Shown here: positions 1 through 11,744 of the stretch, piece by piece
Position numbering within the stretch: the first letter of the stretch is position 1
Layout of the letters: every line of letters starts with the position of its first letter
Source of the DNA: Malacoraja senta
Lineage: Eukaryota
Reading direction: 5' to 3'
DNA: 64,000 bases
NCBI GenBank assembly: GCA_038087875.1
Contig: CM075981.1
Coordinates: forward strand, 47,368,001-47,432,000
Position numbers and translations under genes: made by a program
The notes under the pieces: model-generated
Told to the model about the DNA's origin: nothing
Seen by the model: only the letters and a program-made list of their open reading frames with translations
The model's database searches: none

Positions 1-992
1 TATAGCAATATTGGAAAAATCAAGACACATTCTGAACCACAAATCATAACATACTCTGTATAATACACTCATATTGCCATATCTGAGTTACTGTGTGGAA
101 ATATGGGGTAACACCTACAAAACCAACCTACAGCCGTTATGCACATTACAAAAAAGAGCAATAAGAATTATCAATAACGTTGGATATCTTGAACATACCA
201 ATTTATTATTCTTAAAGTCACACACACTGAAGTTCACCGATCTGGTTAAATTTAAGACTGCACAAATCATGTACAAAGCAAGAAATAATTTACTTCCAGG
301 AAATATACAAAAACTGTTTATGGAAAGACAGGGTGGGTATAATTTGAGATGGGAACATAATTTTTAAAAACTCAATGTCAGAACAACTCTTAAAAGTATG
401 TGCATAGCAATCTGTGGGGTGAATTTGTGGAATGGTCTGGAACAGGAGATAAAACTTAGCACAAACATAATTCAGTTTAAAAAGATGTACAAAAACACAT
501 TTTTTAAAGGATATTGGGATGAGGAGAGGTGTTTGTGAGTGGGATATTTATTATACTGATTGTATTGGGAAGGGTGATTATAGGGTGATGGGTTGTATAT
601 ATGACTAAGATACTGTATAGTATATGAAGGTTTTTTCTTTTCTTTTTACTTTTTTTCTCTCTTTTTTTGTATGGCTTTGTAAATATTTGATTAGTGTATA
701 ATTGTAAATAATTTGGTGTACATATAGCTGCTGGTGTACATATGGTGTACATATAGCTGCTAAATTTGTGTAAGATAATTATAGGCAGTTGAATAAGGGG
801 TGGGAATTAATAAGCTTTTGCTTCTTCCTGCTCCTTTTCGGACACATACGATTTCATTTATTTATAGATATTGTTGATGACACTTTATAAATATTCTTGT
901 TTTGTTTTTTTGTTTTTTGTATGCTGTTTCACACTTGCTTTTTATTCTTTTATTCTGTTCGAAATAAAGAATTAAATAAATAAATAAATAAA
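1..992 (+). mobile_element. 3' end of a CR1-group (Crack/L2-like) LINE
   Basis: ORF 74-367 reads PYLSYCVEIWGN..LQKRAIRII, a post-RT motif. It is followed by a 3' UTR and a (TAAA)n tail at about 975-992. Confidence 0.7.
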
Positions 993-1065
993 TGAAAGTA
1001 ATGTAAGGCAGATCATGTTGAACAATAAATTATCAACTTAGAATTCCTTTAGAGCCACTGTTCAG

Positions 1066-1445
1066 TAGTAGTAGTAGGCCCCTCTCGGTCATGACTGACC
1101 ATGGGTGATGCATCCTGGTCGGATGCAAGCCATGGGCGATGTCATATGGAGAACAGGCTGTTGCCCATGCAGCACGTCCGTCCCCCCTCTCCACATCGCT
1201 GATCGATCTAAAGGAACAGCAGGGCCATTACAGTTTGGCACCAGCACCGTCACAGGAGCTGCCAGAGCGAGGTTGTAGACAACGACAAACTGCCTTAGGG
1301 GCTCCGACTCTGGATTTTCTGGAGGTTTACTCCTGGAGCCTTTTCCATGACTGGATAATGGCCACAAGGTAGTGGAGGTTTTAAATCAGAGTTTTCCCTC
1401 TCCTAGATGGACTGTCTTCCCAGGCTGATGAGCCCCATCTACCTG
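1066..1445 (-). mobile_element. RTE-derived non-autonomous (bipartite/SINE-like) element
   Basis: The minus strand carries the RTE 5'-UTR-type motif AGCCTGGG..CATCTAGGAGAGGGAAAACTCTGATTTAAAACC and ends in a short hairpin plus a (TAC)n tail. A second partial copy lies at 2447-2590. Confidence 0.55.
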
Positions 1446-1454
1446 AGACTCATG

Positions 1455-1760
1455 GGGTCGGGAGTGGTGTACTTGGTAAAGCTGCTACTTAACAGAGCTA
1501 GAGATCTGGGTTCGATCCTGAATTCGGGTGCTGTCTTTATGGAGTTTGCACGTTCACCCTGTGACTGCGTTTGTTTCCTCTGGATCCTCCGGTTTCGTCC
1601 CTCCTCCTAAAGACATGCGGGTTTGTAGATCACTTGGCCTAAGTAAATTGCAACTAGTGTGTAGAGAATGGAGGCAAAGTGAGATAGCATTGAACTAGTG
1701 TGGACAGGTGATCGATCATCGATGTGGGCTGTAGGGCTGATTTCACTGTATCTCTAAACG
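1455..1760 (+). mobile_element. tRNA-derived V-SINE (HE1-like)
   Basis: B-box GGTTCGATCC, V-domain-like GGAGTTTGCACGTTC..GTTTGTAG, and a CR1-type tail ending CTGTATCTCTAAAC. Confidence 0.75.
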
Positions 1761-2446
1761 TCTGGGTCTTCAAGCATTCTCAGAGGTTGAGGTTAGTGTC
1801 TATTTTATAATCCTGGTGGTGAAACCTAGTCTCAGCAGATGGAGGATATTTGGGTAAATGGCAGAGTGCATCTGAGAAGGAGCAGGAAAGTGCTCTCTTC
1901 AATTCTCTCTTCAATAAAGGAACAAGAGATGCCAGCAAAACTAAACGGGGGAGAAAGGAACCAGTTGTGACGTGGAATGGAAACAATTGCAACGAATAGC
2001 TTTGTAATTCAAAGTTGGGTAAGGTGTACTAAATTTGAATGGATTTCTTTAGTGATCAGAATTGCTCTTTCCCCTGGCTCTCAATCTCGACCCGAAACAT
2101 CACCTACTCATTTTCCCCAGAGATGCTGCCTGACCCACTGAGTTACTCCAGCATTTTGTGTCTCTCCTCAGAATTGATAATTAATGATACATACAGTATG
2201 TGCTGATCGCATGACAGCTTGGATCATGTGTCTTCGCATGGTCTGAGAAGAATCTTAAGCCGGACACCATGACAAAGAGAACTTTTCAAGTTGTAGACAC
2301 AGGAACTGCAAATGCTGCCTTACATAAAAAACAGTGCTGGAGTAACTCAATCGGTCAGGTAGCATAGAAACATAGGAAAATAGGTGCAGGAGTTGGCCAT
2401 TTGGCCATTCGAGCTGGCACTGACATTCAATATGATCATGGCTGAT

Positions 2447-2590
2447 ATGGCCACAAGGCAATGGAGGTTTTAAATCAGCGTTTTCCCTCTCCTAGATGGA
2501 CTGTCTTCCCAGGCTGATGAGCCCCATCTGCCTGTGACTCGTGGGGGCGGGAGCGTCTACCTTCCCATGCAGGTCTATAGCACCTGCCAA
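2447..2590 (-). mobile_element. RTE 5'-UTR fragment (same family as 1066-1445)
   Basis: Its first ~90 bp are near-identical to 1357-1445. Confidence 0.55.
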
Positions 2591-3519
2591 CTGTCAGTGT
2601 TGAATACCAAAACACAGTGCTCCAGCAATGACGATGGCAGAAGTTTGATGACATGCTGGTTTTGGCTAAACCTGCAAGGTGAGAATCTGCTGAAACAAGA
2701 ATGTTTTATTCTCATCTGCACTGGAAACAGAACAATGAAATTCTTACCTGCTGTAGCTTTACCGCAAAAATCCTAACCAAACATTCCAACTCGCACAATA
2801 AAGGGAGTTGGTTCAGATTACGTAAAGACTGTATGCTGACACCATAAGGCGGATCAGAGTTGAGTAAAAGGGATGATGGAGAGATAAAATTGTAAGAATT
2901 TTTGTCGAGAGTAGGTGAGAGATTCAGACTAGCCCATGTGAACCATTTGATCATGGTGCACGATACCCTAGATATAGAATCAGGAAATGGCTCAACATGA
3001 TTTCGCAATTTCAAATGTTGTTGCTGTACAGTATCTGTTGAGTTTCCTGGATCAATACAGGCAACACCAATATTGTTGTCACATCAAAAGGAATATAAAA
3101 TCCAGTCAAACATCGAAACCTAAAAAGTGAAACAACTTTTCAGAGAGTGTAGGAGCGTGGGATTATGTAAACAAACACATTTCATGATACTTAATCATAT
3201 TTGTATTATTTTGTGCAGTAAAAGCCGAATAAACTGCGTATATGTACCTTTTAGAATTCTCCATGCATTGCTCTGTACATTCATGTAATAGAGTCTCGGA
3301 ATATATTATAGTGTAAATAGCCCTTTACAAAATGCAAGTCTTGTCATAATATGTTGTGGGCTAAAATAATGTTCTGTACTCCAGCCTGTAATAAAGCCAT
3401 AATAATGCTTTAAAAAAAATTATATTGCATGACGTTAAAAAATCATATTGAATGATGTTAATAATTAACATCAAAGCAATTTTTTGCATGTAATAAAGTG
3501 CTGTGCAGGTTAAAATAAG

Positions 3520-5250
3520 ATCCGAAAAGTTTTATAAGAGATTTTATAAATACATAAGGGGGAAAAGGGTAACTAGAGAGTGGGACCCCTCAGGAATCAA
3601 CGTGGTCAACTATGTGTGGCGCCACAGAAAATGGGCAAGGTCCTCAATGAGTATTTCTCCTCTGTATTTACCAAGGAGAAAGACAGGACGGAGGAAGTTG
3701 GAAGTCAGTGTTATGGCGAAGAGGTGCTGAAGGTACTATCGTGTATGCAGGTAGACAAATCTCCAGGGCCTGATCAGATATATCCGAGGACATTGTGGGA
3801 GACCAGAGAGGAAATTGCGGGAACCTTGGTTGAAATTTATGAGTCATCTTTAAATATAGGAGAGGTGTCGGAAGACTGGAGGGTGGTGAATGTTGTGCCT
3901 TTCTCAAAAAGGACTGCAGAGAATATACTGGGAACTATAGGCATGTAAGCTTAACATCTGTAGTTGGAAAATCACTAGAGGGTATTCTGAGGGATAGGAT
4001 GTACAGGCATTTGACAGACAAGAGCTGATTAGGGATAGTCAGCATGGGATGTCTTGTCTGTTTTTGAAGACGTGACCAAAACTGTTGATTGAGTGATGGG
4101 GAGCGAGCTGTAGATGTTGTATGTATGGACTTCAGTAAAGCATTCGACAAGTTTAGTTTTGTTTAGAGATACAGCGTGAAAACAGGCCATTCGCCCCAAC
4201 GGGTCCACGCCGACCACCGATCCCCACATATTAACACTATCCTACACACACTAGGGGCAATTTTTACATTTACCAAGCCAATTAACCTACATACCTGTAC
4301 GTCTTTGCAGTGTGGGAGGAAACCGAAGATCTCGGAGAAAACCCACGCAGGTCACGGGGAGAACGTATAAACTCCGTACAGACAGCACCCGTAGTCGGGA
4401 TCGAACCCGGATCTCCGGCGCTGCATGCACTGCAAGTCAGCAACTCTACCGCTGCGCCACCATGCAGACCTCCAGGTTCGCATGGAAGGCTGCTCTGGAA
4501 GGTTAGATCGCATGGGATAGCATGGATAGAAAATTGGCTTAATGGAAGGAAGCAGAGGGTGATGGTGGAAGGTTGCTTCTAGGGTTGCGACCTGTGACTA
4601 GTGGTGTGCCTCAGGGTTTGGTGCTGGGCCCGTAACTGTTTGTCATCTATATCAATGATTTGGATGAGAACATGCACTGCAAGTTTAGCAAGATTGCAGA
4701 TGATACAAAAGTGCGTGGTTTTGCAGATAGTGAAGATGGTTGTGAAAAATTGCAACAGGATCTTGATCTTGATCTTGATGCAATTTAATACAGAAAAATG
4801 TGAGGTGTTGCATTTTGGAAGTCTAACATGGGCAGGACCTACACAGTGAATGGTCGGTCTCTGTGCAATGTTGTAAAGCAGAGAGATCTAGGAGTGCAGG
4901 TGCATAGCTCATTGCATAGCTCATAGCTCAGAGGTAGATCGGGTGGTCAAAAAAGCTTTTGGCACATTGGCCTTCATTAGCTAGAGTGTATATACATTGG
5001 GAGGTCATGTTGCAGTTGTGTAAGACGTTGGAGAGGCCACATTTAGAGTATTGTGTTTAGTTCTGGAAAGATGTTGTCAAACTGAAAAGGGTACAGAGAA
5101 GATTTACAAGGATGTTGCCAGGACTAGAGGGTCTGAGCTATAGGCAGAGGTTGAGTAGGCTAGGACTATAATCTTGGAGCGCAGGAGGATGAGAAGTGAT
5201 CTTATAGAGGTGTATAAGATCATGAGAGGAATAGATCGGGTAGATGCACC
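3520..5250 (+). mobile_element. Degraded CR1 LINE ORF2 (RT region), interrupted by a SINE
   Basis: LNEYFSSVFTKE, KSPGPDQIYPR, VYMDFSKAFDK, GVPQG, FADD-like and FNTEKCEVLHFG motifs, with frameshifts. Confidence 0.9.
4152..4470 (-). mobile_element. V-SINE inserted in CR1
   Basis: Minus strand has A-box GGTGGCGCAGCGG, B-box GGTTCGATCCC, V-domain GTAGGTTAATTGG and a (CTAAA)-type tail. It splits the CR1 KAFDK|V codons. Confidence 0.85.
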
Positions 5251-5254
5251 GAGT

Positions 5255-7420
5255 CTCGACAGCCAGCCCAAGGGAAGGCAGGTTTTAACATTCTTAGCCC
5301 CCAGCAGCCAACTGCCTCCAAAACAGATATACCCTTTTGGATACTGTTGGGGGAGATGGCTTATCAGGGGAAGGCAGCAGCAGCCAGGTTCACGGCACCA
5401 TGGAGGGCTCTACTGCACAGGAGGGCAGGAAAAAGAGTGGGAGAGCTATAGTGATAGGGGATTCCATTGTAACGGGAATTGATAGGCGGTCCTGTGGTCG
5501 CTAAAGAGACTTCAGGATGGTATGTTGCCTCCCTGGTGCAAGGATGAAGGATGTCTCTGAGCAGCTGCAGGACATTCTCCACGGGGAGGGCGAACAGCCA
5601 GTTGTTGTGGTGCACAACAACATGGGTAAAAAACAGGATGAGGTCCTACAAAGCGAATTTAGGGAGTTAGGAGATAAACTAAAAAGTAGGACCTCAAAGA
5701 TAATAATCTCTGGATTACTACAAGTGCCACGTGCTAGTAAGAGTAGAAATGACAGGATATTTCGGATGAATGTGTGGCTTGAGAGATGGTGCAAGGGGGA
5801 GGGATTCATATTCCTGGGGCATTGGAACCAGTTCTGGGAGAGGTGGGACCAGTACAAACTGGAAGGTCTTCACCTGGGCTGGACTGGAACCGATGTCTTT
5901 GTGGGAGTGTTTGCTAGTGCTGTTCGGAAGAGTTTAAATGAATATGGCAGTGGGTGGGAACCAATGCAGGGAGACAGAGGGCCATAAAATGAGGGCAGAA
6001 AAAAAAAAAAAGCAAAAGATAGAAGGGAGAAAAGTAAAAGTGGAAGGCAGAGAGATCAATGGCAAAAATCAAAAAGGGTCATATTACATCATAATTCTAG
6101 AAGGGCTAAGAATGTTAAAACAAACCTGAGAGCTTTGTGCCTTAATGCAAGGAGCATTTCGTAATAAGGTGGATGAATTGAAGACGCAGTTAGTGGATAA
6201 TGGATATGATATTGTTGGAATTACGGAGACATGGCTCCAGGGTGACCAAGGCTGGGAGCTAAACATGCCGGGGTATTCAATATTCAGGAAGGATAGACAG
6301 AAATGAAGAGGAGGTGGGGTGGCATTGCTGGTAAAAGAGGAGATTAATGTAATAGTAAGGAGAGACATTAGCTTGGATGCTGTAGAATTGGTATGGGTAG
6401 AACTGCGAAATAGCCAAGGGCAGAAAACGCTTGTTGGAGGTGTATACAGACCACCAAACAGCAGGAGTGAGGTTGGGGAGAGCATCAAACTGGAAATTAG
6501 GCATGCATGTAGCAAAGGTACAGCAGTTAACATGGGTGACTTTAATCTAGATATAGATTCGGCCAACCAAATTGGTAACAACACCGAGGAGGAGGGTTTC
6601 CTGGAGTGCACGGGATGGGTTTTTAAGCCAATATGTAGAGGAACCGACTAGAGGGCAGGCCATCCTAGACTGGGTATTGTGTAATGAAGAAGGATTAGTT
6701 AGCAATCTTGTTGCGCAAAGCCAATTGGGCAACAGTGACCATAATGTGATAGAATTCTGCATTAAGATGAAAGGTGACAGTTAATTCAGAGACAAGCATC
6801 CTGAACTTAAAGAAAGGTAAATTTGATGGTACGAGATGGGAATTGGATAGGATAGACTGGCAAATGATACTTAAAGGATTGATGGTGGATACGCAATGGC
6901 AAAGATTTATAGATCGCATGGATGAATTCCAATTGTTCATCCCTGTCTGACGTAAAATTAAAATGGGGAAGGCAGCTCAACTGTGGCTAACTTGGGAAAT
7001 GAAGGAGAGTGTTAAATCCAAGGAAGAGGCATATAAATTGGCCAGAGGAAGTAGCAAACTGGAGGACTGGGAGAAATTTAGAATTCAACAGAGGAGGACA
7101 AAGGGGTTAAGAGGGGGGAAATAGAGCATGAAAGAAAGCTTGCGGGGAATATAAAACTGACTGTAAAAGCTTTAAAAGATATGTGAAGAGGAAGATTAGT
7201 GAAGACAAATGTAAGTCACGTATGTTCAGAAACAGGTGAATTTATAATGTGAAACAAGGAAATGGCAGACCAATTAAACAAGTACTTTGTTTGTGTCATC
7301 CCTAGTGAAGACAGAACCAATCTCCCAGAAATACTAGGCAACCGAGGATCTAGTGGGAGGGAGAAACTGAAGGAAATCCATATTGGTCAGTAAATGGTAT
7401 TGGGTAAACTGTTGGAACTG
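5255..7420 (+). mobile_element. CR1 LINE 5' half: ORF1 SGNH-esterase domain plus ORF2 AP endonuclease, degraded
   Basis: IVIGDSIV, VCCLPGAR and GLHL motifs (5447-5940); then GITETWL, YRPP, GDFN and SDHN motifs (6130-6780), with stops and frameshifts. Confidence 0.9.
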
Positions 7421-7422
7421 AA

Positions 7423-7702
7423 GTCGAGTGCCAACGGGTCTTCTCAGCTGCCTCCTCTGCCAGGATCAACTGGGGGAAATCCGCGCCCGGGTGGTACGTG
7501 AGAGGGACTAAGGGCACCCTGGGGGATTTCCGGGACCATTGGGCTTCGCGTGGGGTGGAAGTCATCCTCAATATGGATTGTAATATAATTGTATAATAGT
7601 TTATTTAGTATATTTGTATTATGGTGGTGGGTTTTGTTTTGTTTAATTTTGTACTGTAAATATTATTGTAAATAAGTGATTAAATTATTTTTGGTTAAAA
7701 AA
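7423..7702 (+). mobile_element. Tx1/L1-clade LINE fragment with internal deletion
   Basis: VFSAASSARINWGKS RT motif joined to a C-terminal remnant, a T-rich 3' UTR and an A-tail. Confidence 0.55.
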
Positions 7703-9250
7703 AGCGGCGGGGGGGGGAAAGTGAACGGCGGAGTGGGGAGAGTGAGCGGGGAATGGGGGAGAGTGAGCGGGGATGGGGGAGAGTGAGTGGCAGAGGGGGA
7801 GATTGAGCGGGGAGGGGGAGAGTGAGCGGGGGTGGAGGGAGAGTGATGGTGGAGGAGGGGAGTGAGCGGTGGAGAGGGGAGTGAGCGGTGGAGAGGGGAG
7901 TGAGCACTGGAAGGGAGGGAGTGAGCGGTGCAGGGGGGGGAGTGAGCGCTGGAAGGGGGGGAAGGAGCGATGGAGAGGGGGAGAGTGAGCGGTGGAGGGG
8001 GGGAGAGTGAGCGGTGGGGAGTGAGCGGTGGAGGGGGGGGAGTGAGCGGTGGGGAGTGAGCGGTGGAGGAGTGAGCGGTGGAGGGGGGAGAGTGAGCGGT
8101 GGAGAGTGAGGGGGGAGTAAGTGATGGAGAATGGGGGGGGAGTGAGCGGTGGAGGGAGGGGATTGAGGGGTGGAGTGAGCGGTGGAGGTGGGGAGTGAGC
8201 GGTTGGCAGTGAGCGGTGGAGGAGTGAGCAGCTGAGGGGGGAGTGAGCGGTGGAGGAGTGAGCGGTGGAGGGGGGGAGTGAGCGGTGGGGAGTGTGCGGT
8301 GGGGAGTGAGCGGTGGAGGGGGAGTGAGTGGTGGAGTGCAGAGTGAGCAATGGAGGGGGGAGTGTGAGCGGTGGAGGAGTGAGCGGTGGAGGGGGGAGTG
8401 AGCGGTGGGGAGTGGTGGAGTGCAGAGTGAGCAATGGAGGGGGGAGTGTGAGCGGTGGAGGTGTGAGCGGTGGTGGGGGGCGTGAGCGGTGGGGAGTGAG
8501 TGGTGGAGTGCAGAGTGAGCAATGGAGGGGGGAGTGTGAGCGGTGGAGGAGTGAGTGGTGGAAGAGTGAGCAATGGAGGGGGAGTGAGCGGTGGAGGGGG
8601 AGGAGGGAGTGAGTGGTGGAGAGTGAGTGGTGGAGTGCAGAGTGAGCAATGGAGCGGTGGAGGGTGGGGAGTGAGCGGTGGAGAGTGAGGGGTGGGGAGT
8701 GAGTGAGCGGTGGAGGGGGGGGTGAGCGGTGGAGGAGTGAGCGGTGGAGGGGGGAGTGAGTGAGCGGTGGAGGGGGCAGTGAGTGAGCGGTGGAGAGTGA
8801 GGGGGGGAGTGAGTGAGCGGTGGAGGGGGCAGTGAGTGAGTGGTGGAGGGGGTAGTGAGTGAGCGGTGGAGTGAGGGGGGGGTAGTGAGCGAGCGGTGGA
8901 GGGGGCAGTGAGTGAGCGGTGGAGAGTGAGGGAGGGGTAGTGAGTGAGCGGTGGAGAGTGAGGGGGGTGTAGTGAGTGAGCGGTGGAGAGTGAGGGGGGG
9001 GGTAGTGAGTGAGTGAGTGGTGGAGAGTGAGGGGGGGGTAGTGAGTGAGCGGTGGAGAGTGAGGGGGGGATAGTGAGTGAGCGGTGGAGAGTGAGGGGGG
9101 GGTAGTGAGTGAGTGGTGGAGAGTGAGGGGGGGTAGTGAGTGAGCGGTGGAGAGTGAGGGGGGGGGTAGTGAGTGAGCAGTGGAGAGTGAGGGGGGGGGG
9201 TAGTGAGTGAGCGGTGGAGAGTGAGGAGGAGGAGGGGGGGGAAGTGAGCC
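7703..9250 (+). repeat. G-rich minisatellite, core GAGTGAGCGGTGGAG(G)n
   Basis: Dozens of variant 15-33 nt units directly upstream of the PDXDC1 promoter. Confidence 0.95.
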
Positions 9251-9327
9251 AGCGGTGGTGAGCGGCCGGGCTGCGCGCGCACTGCTCTCCGTCCCTCCCA
9301 CGGGCTGCCAGCGTGGAGCCGGAGCTG

Positions 9328-9375
9328 ATGATGATGATGATGATGATGGCGGCGGCGGCGGGGCCTCGGCTCTGA
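9328..9375 (+). other. Candidate upstream ORF MMMMMMMAAAAGPRL*
   Basis: Seven consecutive ATG codons (9328-9348), then GCGx4 GGG CCT CGG CTC TGA. Ends 85 nt before the main ATG with no other ATG in between. Confidence 0.5.
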
Positions 9376-9460
9376 GAGCGGTGCAACAGGCCGCCCTTGA
9401 CAACCCCTTTCCATTCACACCCACGACAACACTCGCCCTCTTCTCCAAAGAAAAGATACG

Positions 9461-9481
9461 ATGGAGAGCTCCGTGGAGAAG
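9461..9481 (+). CDS. PDXDC1: PDXDC1 coding exon 1 (MESSVEK)
   Basis: ATG in strong Kozak context (acgATGG), 7 codons, then donor GTATGG at 9482. Matches the recalled human N-terminus MDASLEK and lies in a CpG-rich region. Confidence 0.85.
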
Positions 9482-10009
9482 GTATGGTGGGCTGGGCTGG
9501 GGAGGAGAGGGGGCCGGGGACGGGACGTCGCTGGGGCAGGGATGGAGGGGCCTGGAGGCCAGAGGGCGGATCATCGCCTCTCCTCTCGTCCTCTCCCACC
9601 CCCAGCCTCTCACCCCGCATCCTTGTGTGGAAAAAATAATAATTCAACGGCATTTAGTTCTCCTCACGACGTTTATTTCCGGGTGGCCACAACTCCAGGG
9701 CCTATCACGGCGTGAATTAATAGTTAGAGGCTTCTCCTTAACTCGGCGCGTACACAGCATCAACATAGTTTTTAAAGTAAGTTCCCCGATTCTTGGGATC
9801 TTCCTGGTCCAACGTCACGAACACAATCTGTGCATTTCCGAAATGACACCGAAAATGCTGTCGATATCAGATAATAACATATTTGATCGTTAAAAAAGTC
9901 TTACATTTTGGACGCTGCATCTTGGTTAAAATTGAACAGATTTTGTAATCAAACCGAATGCATGAGCACCGAAGGTGGGAGGTCGAATTTAAGGGGTATG
10001 TAGTTAAAG

Positions 10010-10545
10010 CGATGGCCCTTGGCAGCATTGACACGCAGAGAGATCATGGGATCCTAATCCATACTTCCTGAAAGTGGCAGCACAAGTAGATAGGGTGGTA
10101 AAGAAGGCATATGAGAATTTGAGAATTAAGGGACAGAAGTTTAGGGGTAACGTGAAGGGGAACTTCTTTACTCAGAGAATGAGCTTCCAGTGGAAGTGGA
10201 GGAGGCAGTTCTCATCGCAAGGCTTTCAGTCAGAACCATTTTTCCAGACTGGAAACGTCAAAGACTACATAGCATAGTTTTAAGATGATAGATAGAGGTA
10301 AAGTTTAAAGGAGATGTGTAGGACAAGTTTTATTTTACACAGAGTAGTGGATGCTGGAACGTGCCTCCAGGGTGGTGTGGAGGCAATAGGATAGTGGCAT
10401 TTAAGACGTTTTTGGATGGGTACATCAATATGCAGGGGGGTGGAGGGATATGAATTGCATGCAGGCAGAGGACATTATTTTATTTGGCATCATAGTTGGT
10501 ATGGACATTGTGGGCGTGTTTCTGTGACGTATTGTTCTATGTGCA
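10010..10545 (+). mobile_element. Old CR1 3' fragments
   Basis: AAQVDRVVKKA, LRIKG..F and FFTQR motifs plus a CR1-type 3' tail. Confidence 0.75.
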
Positions 10546-11744
10546 ATACTAAGATAGCTAATTTAAAAAATAAACCTAGGGATATTGTTTTTGTGTCACT
10601 TTTTGAAATACACTGATGCAGCATTATGTTGTGACTTTAGCTTGTGTTCAACTCTACATCACGTCTGCAAGTTGAATAGCATATGTTAATTGATTGGTGT
10701 AGGTGGCTTCCTATGCAGTATGCTAGGCATCTATGAATAATAGACCATTGGTATTTTTAAAAGGAGCCAAGATAATTTCAGGATAGGGCTACTGAGAAAT
10801 TTCAGAATGGGGCATTATTTAGAGATTTGTATGATTGGTGCTTTGCTCTGTATTTGCATTGTACCATTCAATCAGTAGCTGGAGAATCAGTTCATAATTG
10901 TCCATTTGCAGACTTTTATTTAGGAATGAAATCATTTATTTATGCAATAACTCCCATTACCTTTTGAATCTTTCGAAACTTAGATGAATTGGAGCATAGT
11001 ACATGAAACTATATTTGTTTAATTTCATTGTATGTAATGGATAGTGGTTCATGTATCGCCTGGTTTCAAAGCTCTGATCTTTTTCGTGTCAAATCCAAGA
11101 AATATGAGATGTCCTCCTGAGCGGACGGGAGGTGGGGTAGGGTGGTGGTGAGGTGACGAGTTCTTTACTGCATTGTTTTGGAGTTGGATGGCCATCTCTG
11201 TTTTGTGGCCATTTTTTAAAAGTTTTACACAATGTACAATGAAGTACTCTATTTAGTTTGTGGCGTTTTTCATTTCAAGTGAAACTCAGTTTTAGGATGG
11301 GAAGTTCAAAATGAGCATTTTTGACATTTTGGTTCAATAGTTTTGCAATAACACTATCTCTCATTACAAATGTCCCAAGTTACACGATTTGCATGATTAT
11401 TTGATAAAAAGATATAATTATATTGGATGTTTAAGAAGGAACTGCAGATTCTGGAAAATTGAAGGTAGACAAAAATGCTGGAGAAACTCAGCGGGTGAGG
11501 CAGCATCTATGGAGCGAAGGAAATAGGCAACGTTTTGTGTCGAGGCATTATATTGGATATTTTCTGTATACGTTTTTTTTTTATTCTGAAACCACTTGAC
11601 AAGCATTAATACTGCTTACCTTGTGTGGTGAGCACATTTAAGAAGTAAGTCTGGTCTTTTTGGCGAGATGAATTTTATGTATAATTTAATAATCACATTG
11701 TCACACTTGACCAATTTTTTAAATTTATTTATAAAAAAAACAAG

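Larger units (their letters stand above)
9245..9620 (+). promoter_or_regulatory. CpG-rich promoter / 5' UTR region of PDXDC1
   Basis: High GC and CpG around exon 1, (GAT)n(GGC)n tract, and a YY1-like GATGGCGGC at about 9345-9353. Confidence 0.7.

Noticed and set aside
1424-1445. CTGATGAG in the RTE-like repeat as a hammerhead core (also about 2515)
   Set aside because: No downstream stem II plus GAAA box, and it is antisense to the element.
4395-4465. tRNA-like A and B boxes (also at about 1460-1520 and 26885-26950)
   Set aside because: These are SINE heads attached to a V-domain and LINE tail, not tRNA genes.
7663-9653. Three long (583-652 aa) Pro/His/Ser-rich minus-strand ORFs
   Set aside because: All three frames are open because the C-rich strand of the minisatellite lacks stop codons. 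They are low complexity with no domain.
9255-9893. 212-aa ORF over exon 1
   Set aside because: It has a non-ATG start, runs through a GC-rich UTR and intron in a different frame from PDXDC1, and shows no recognisable homology.
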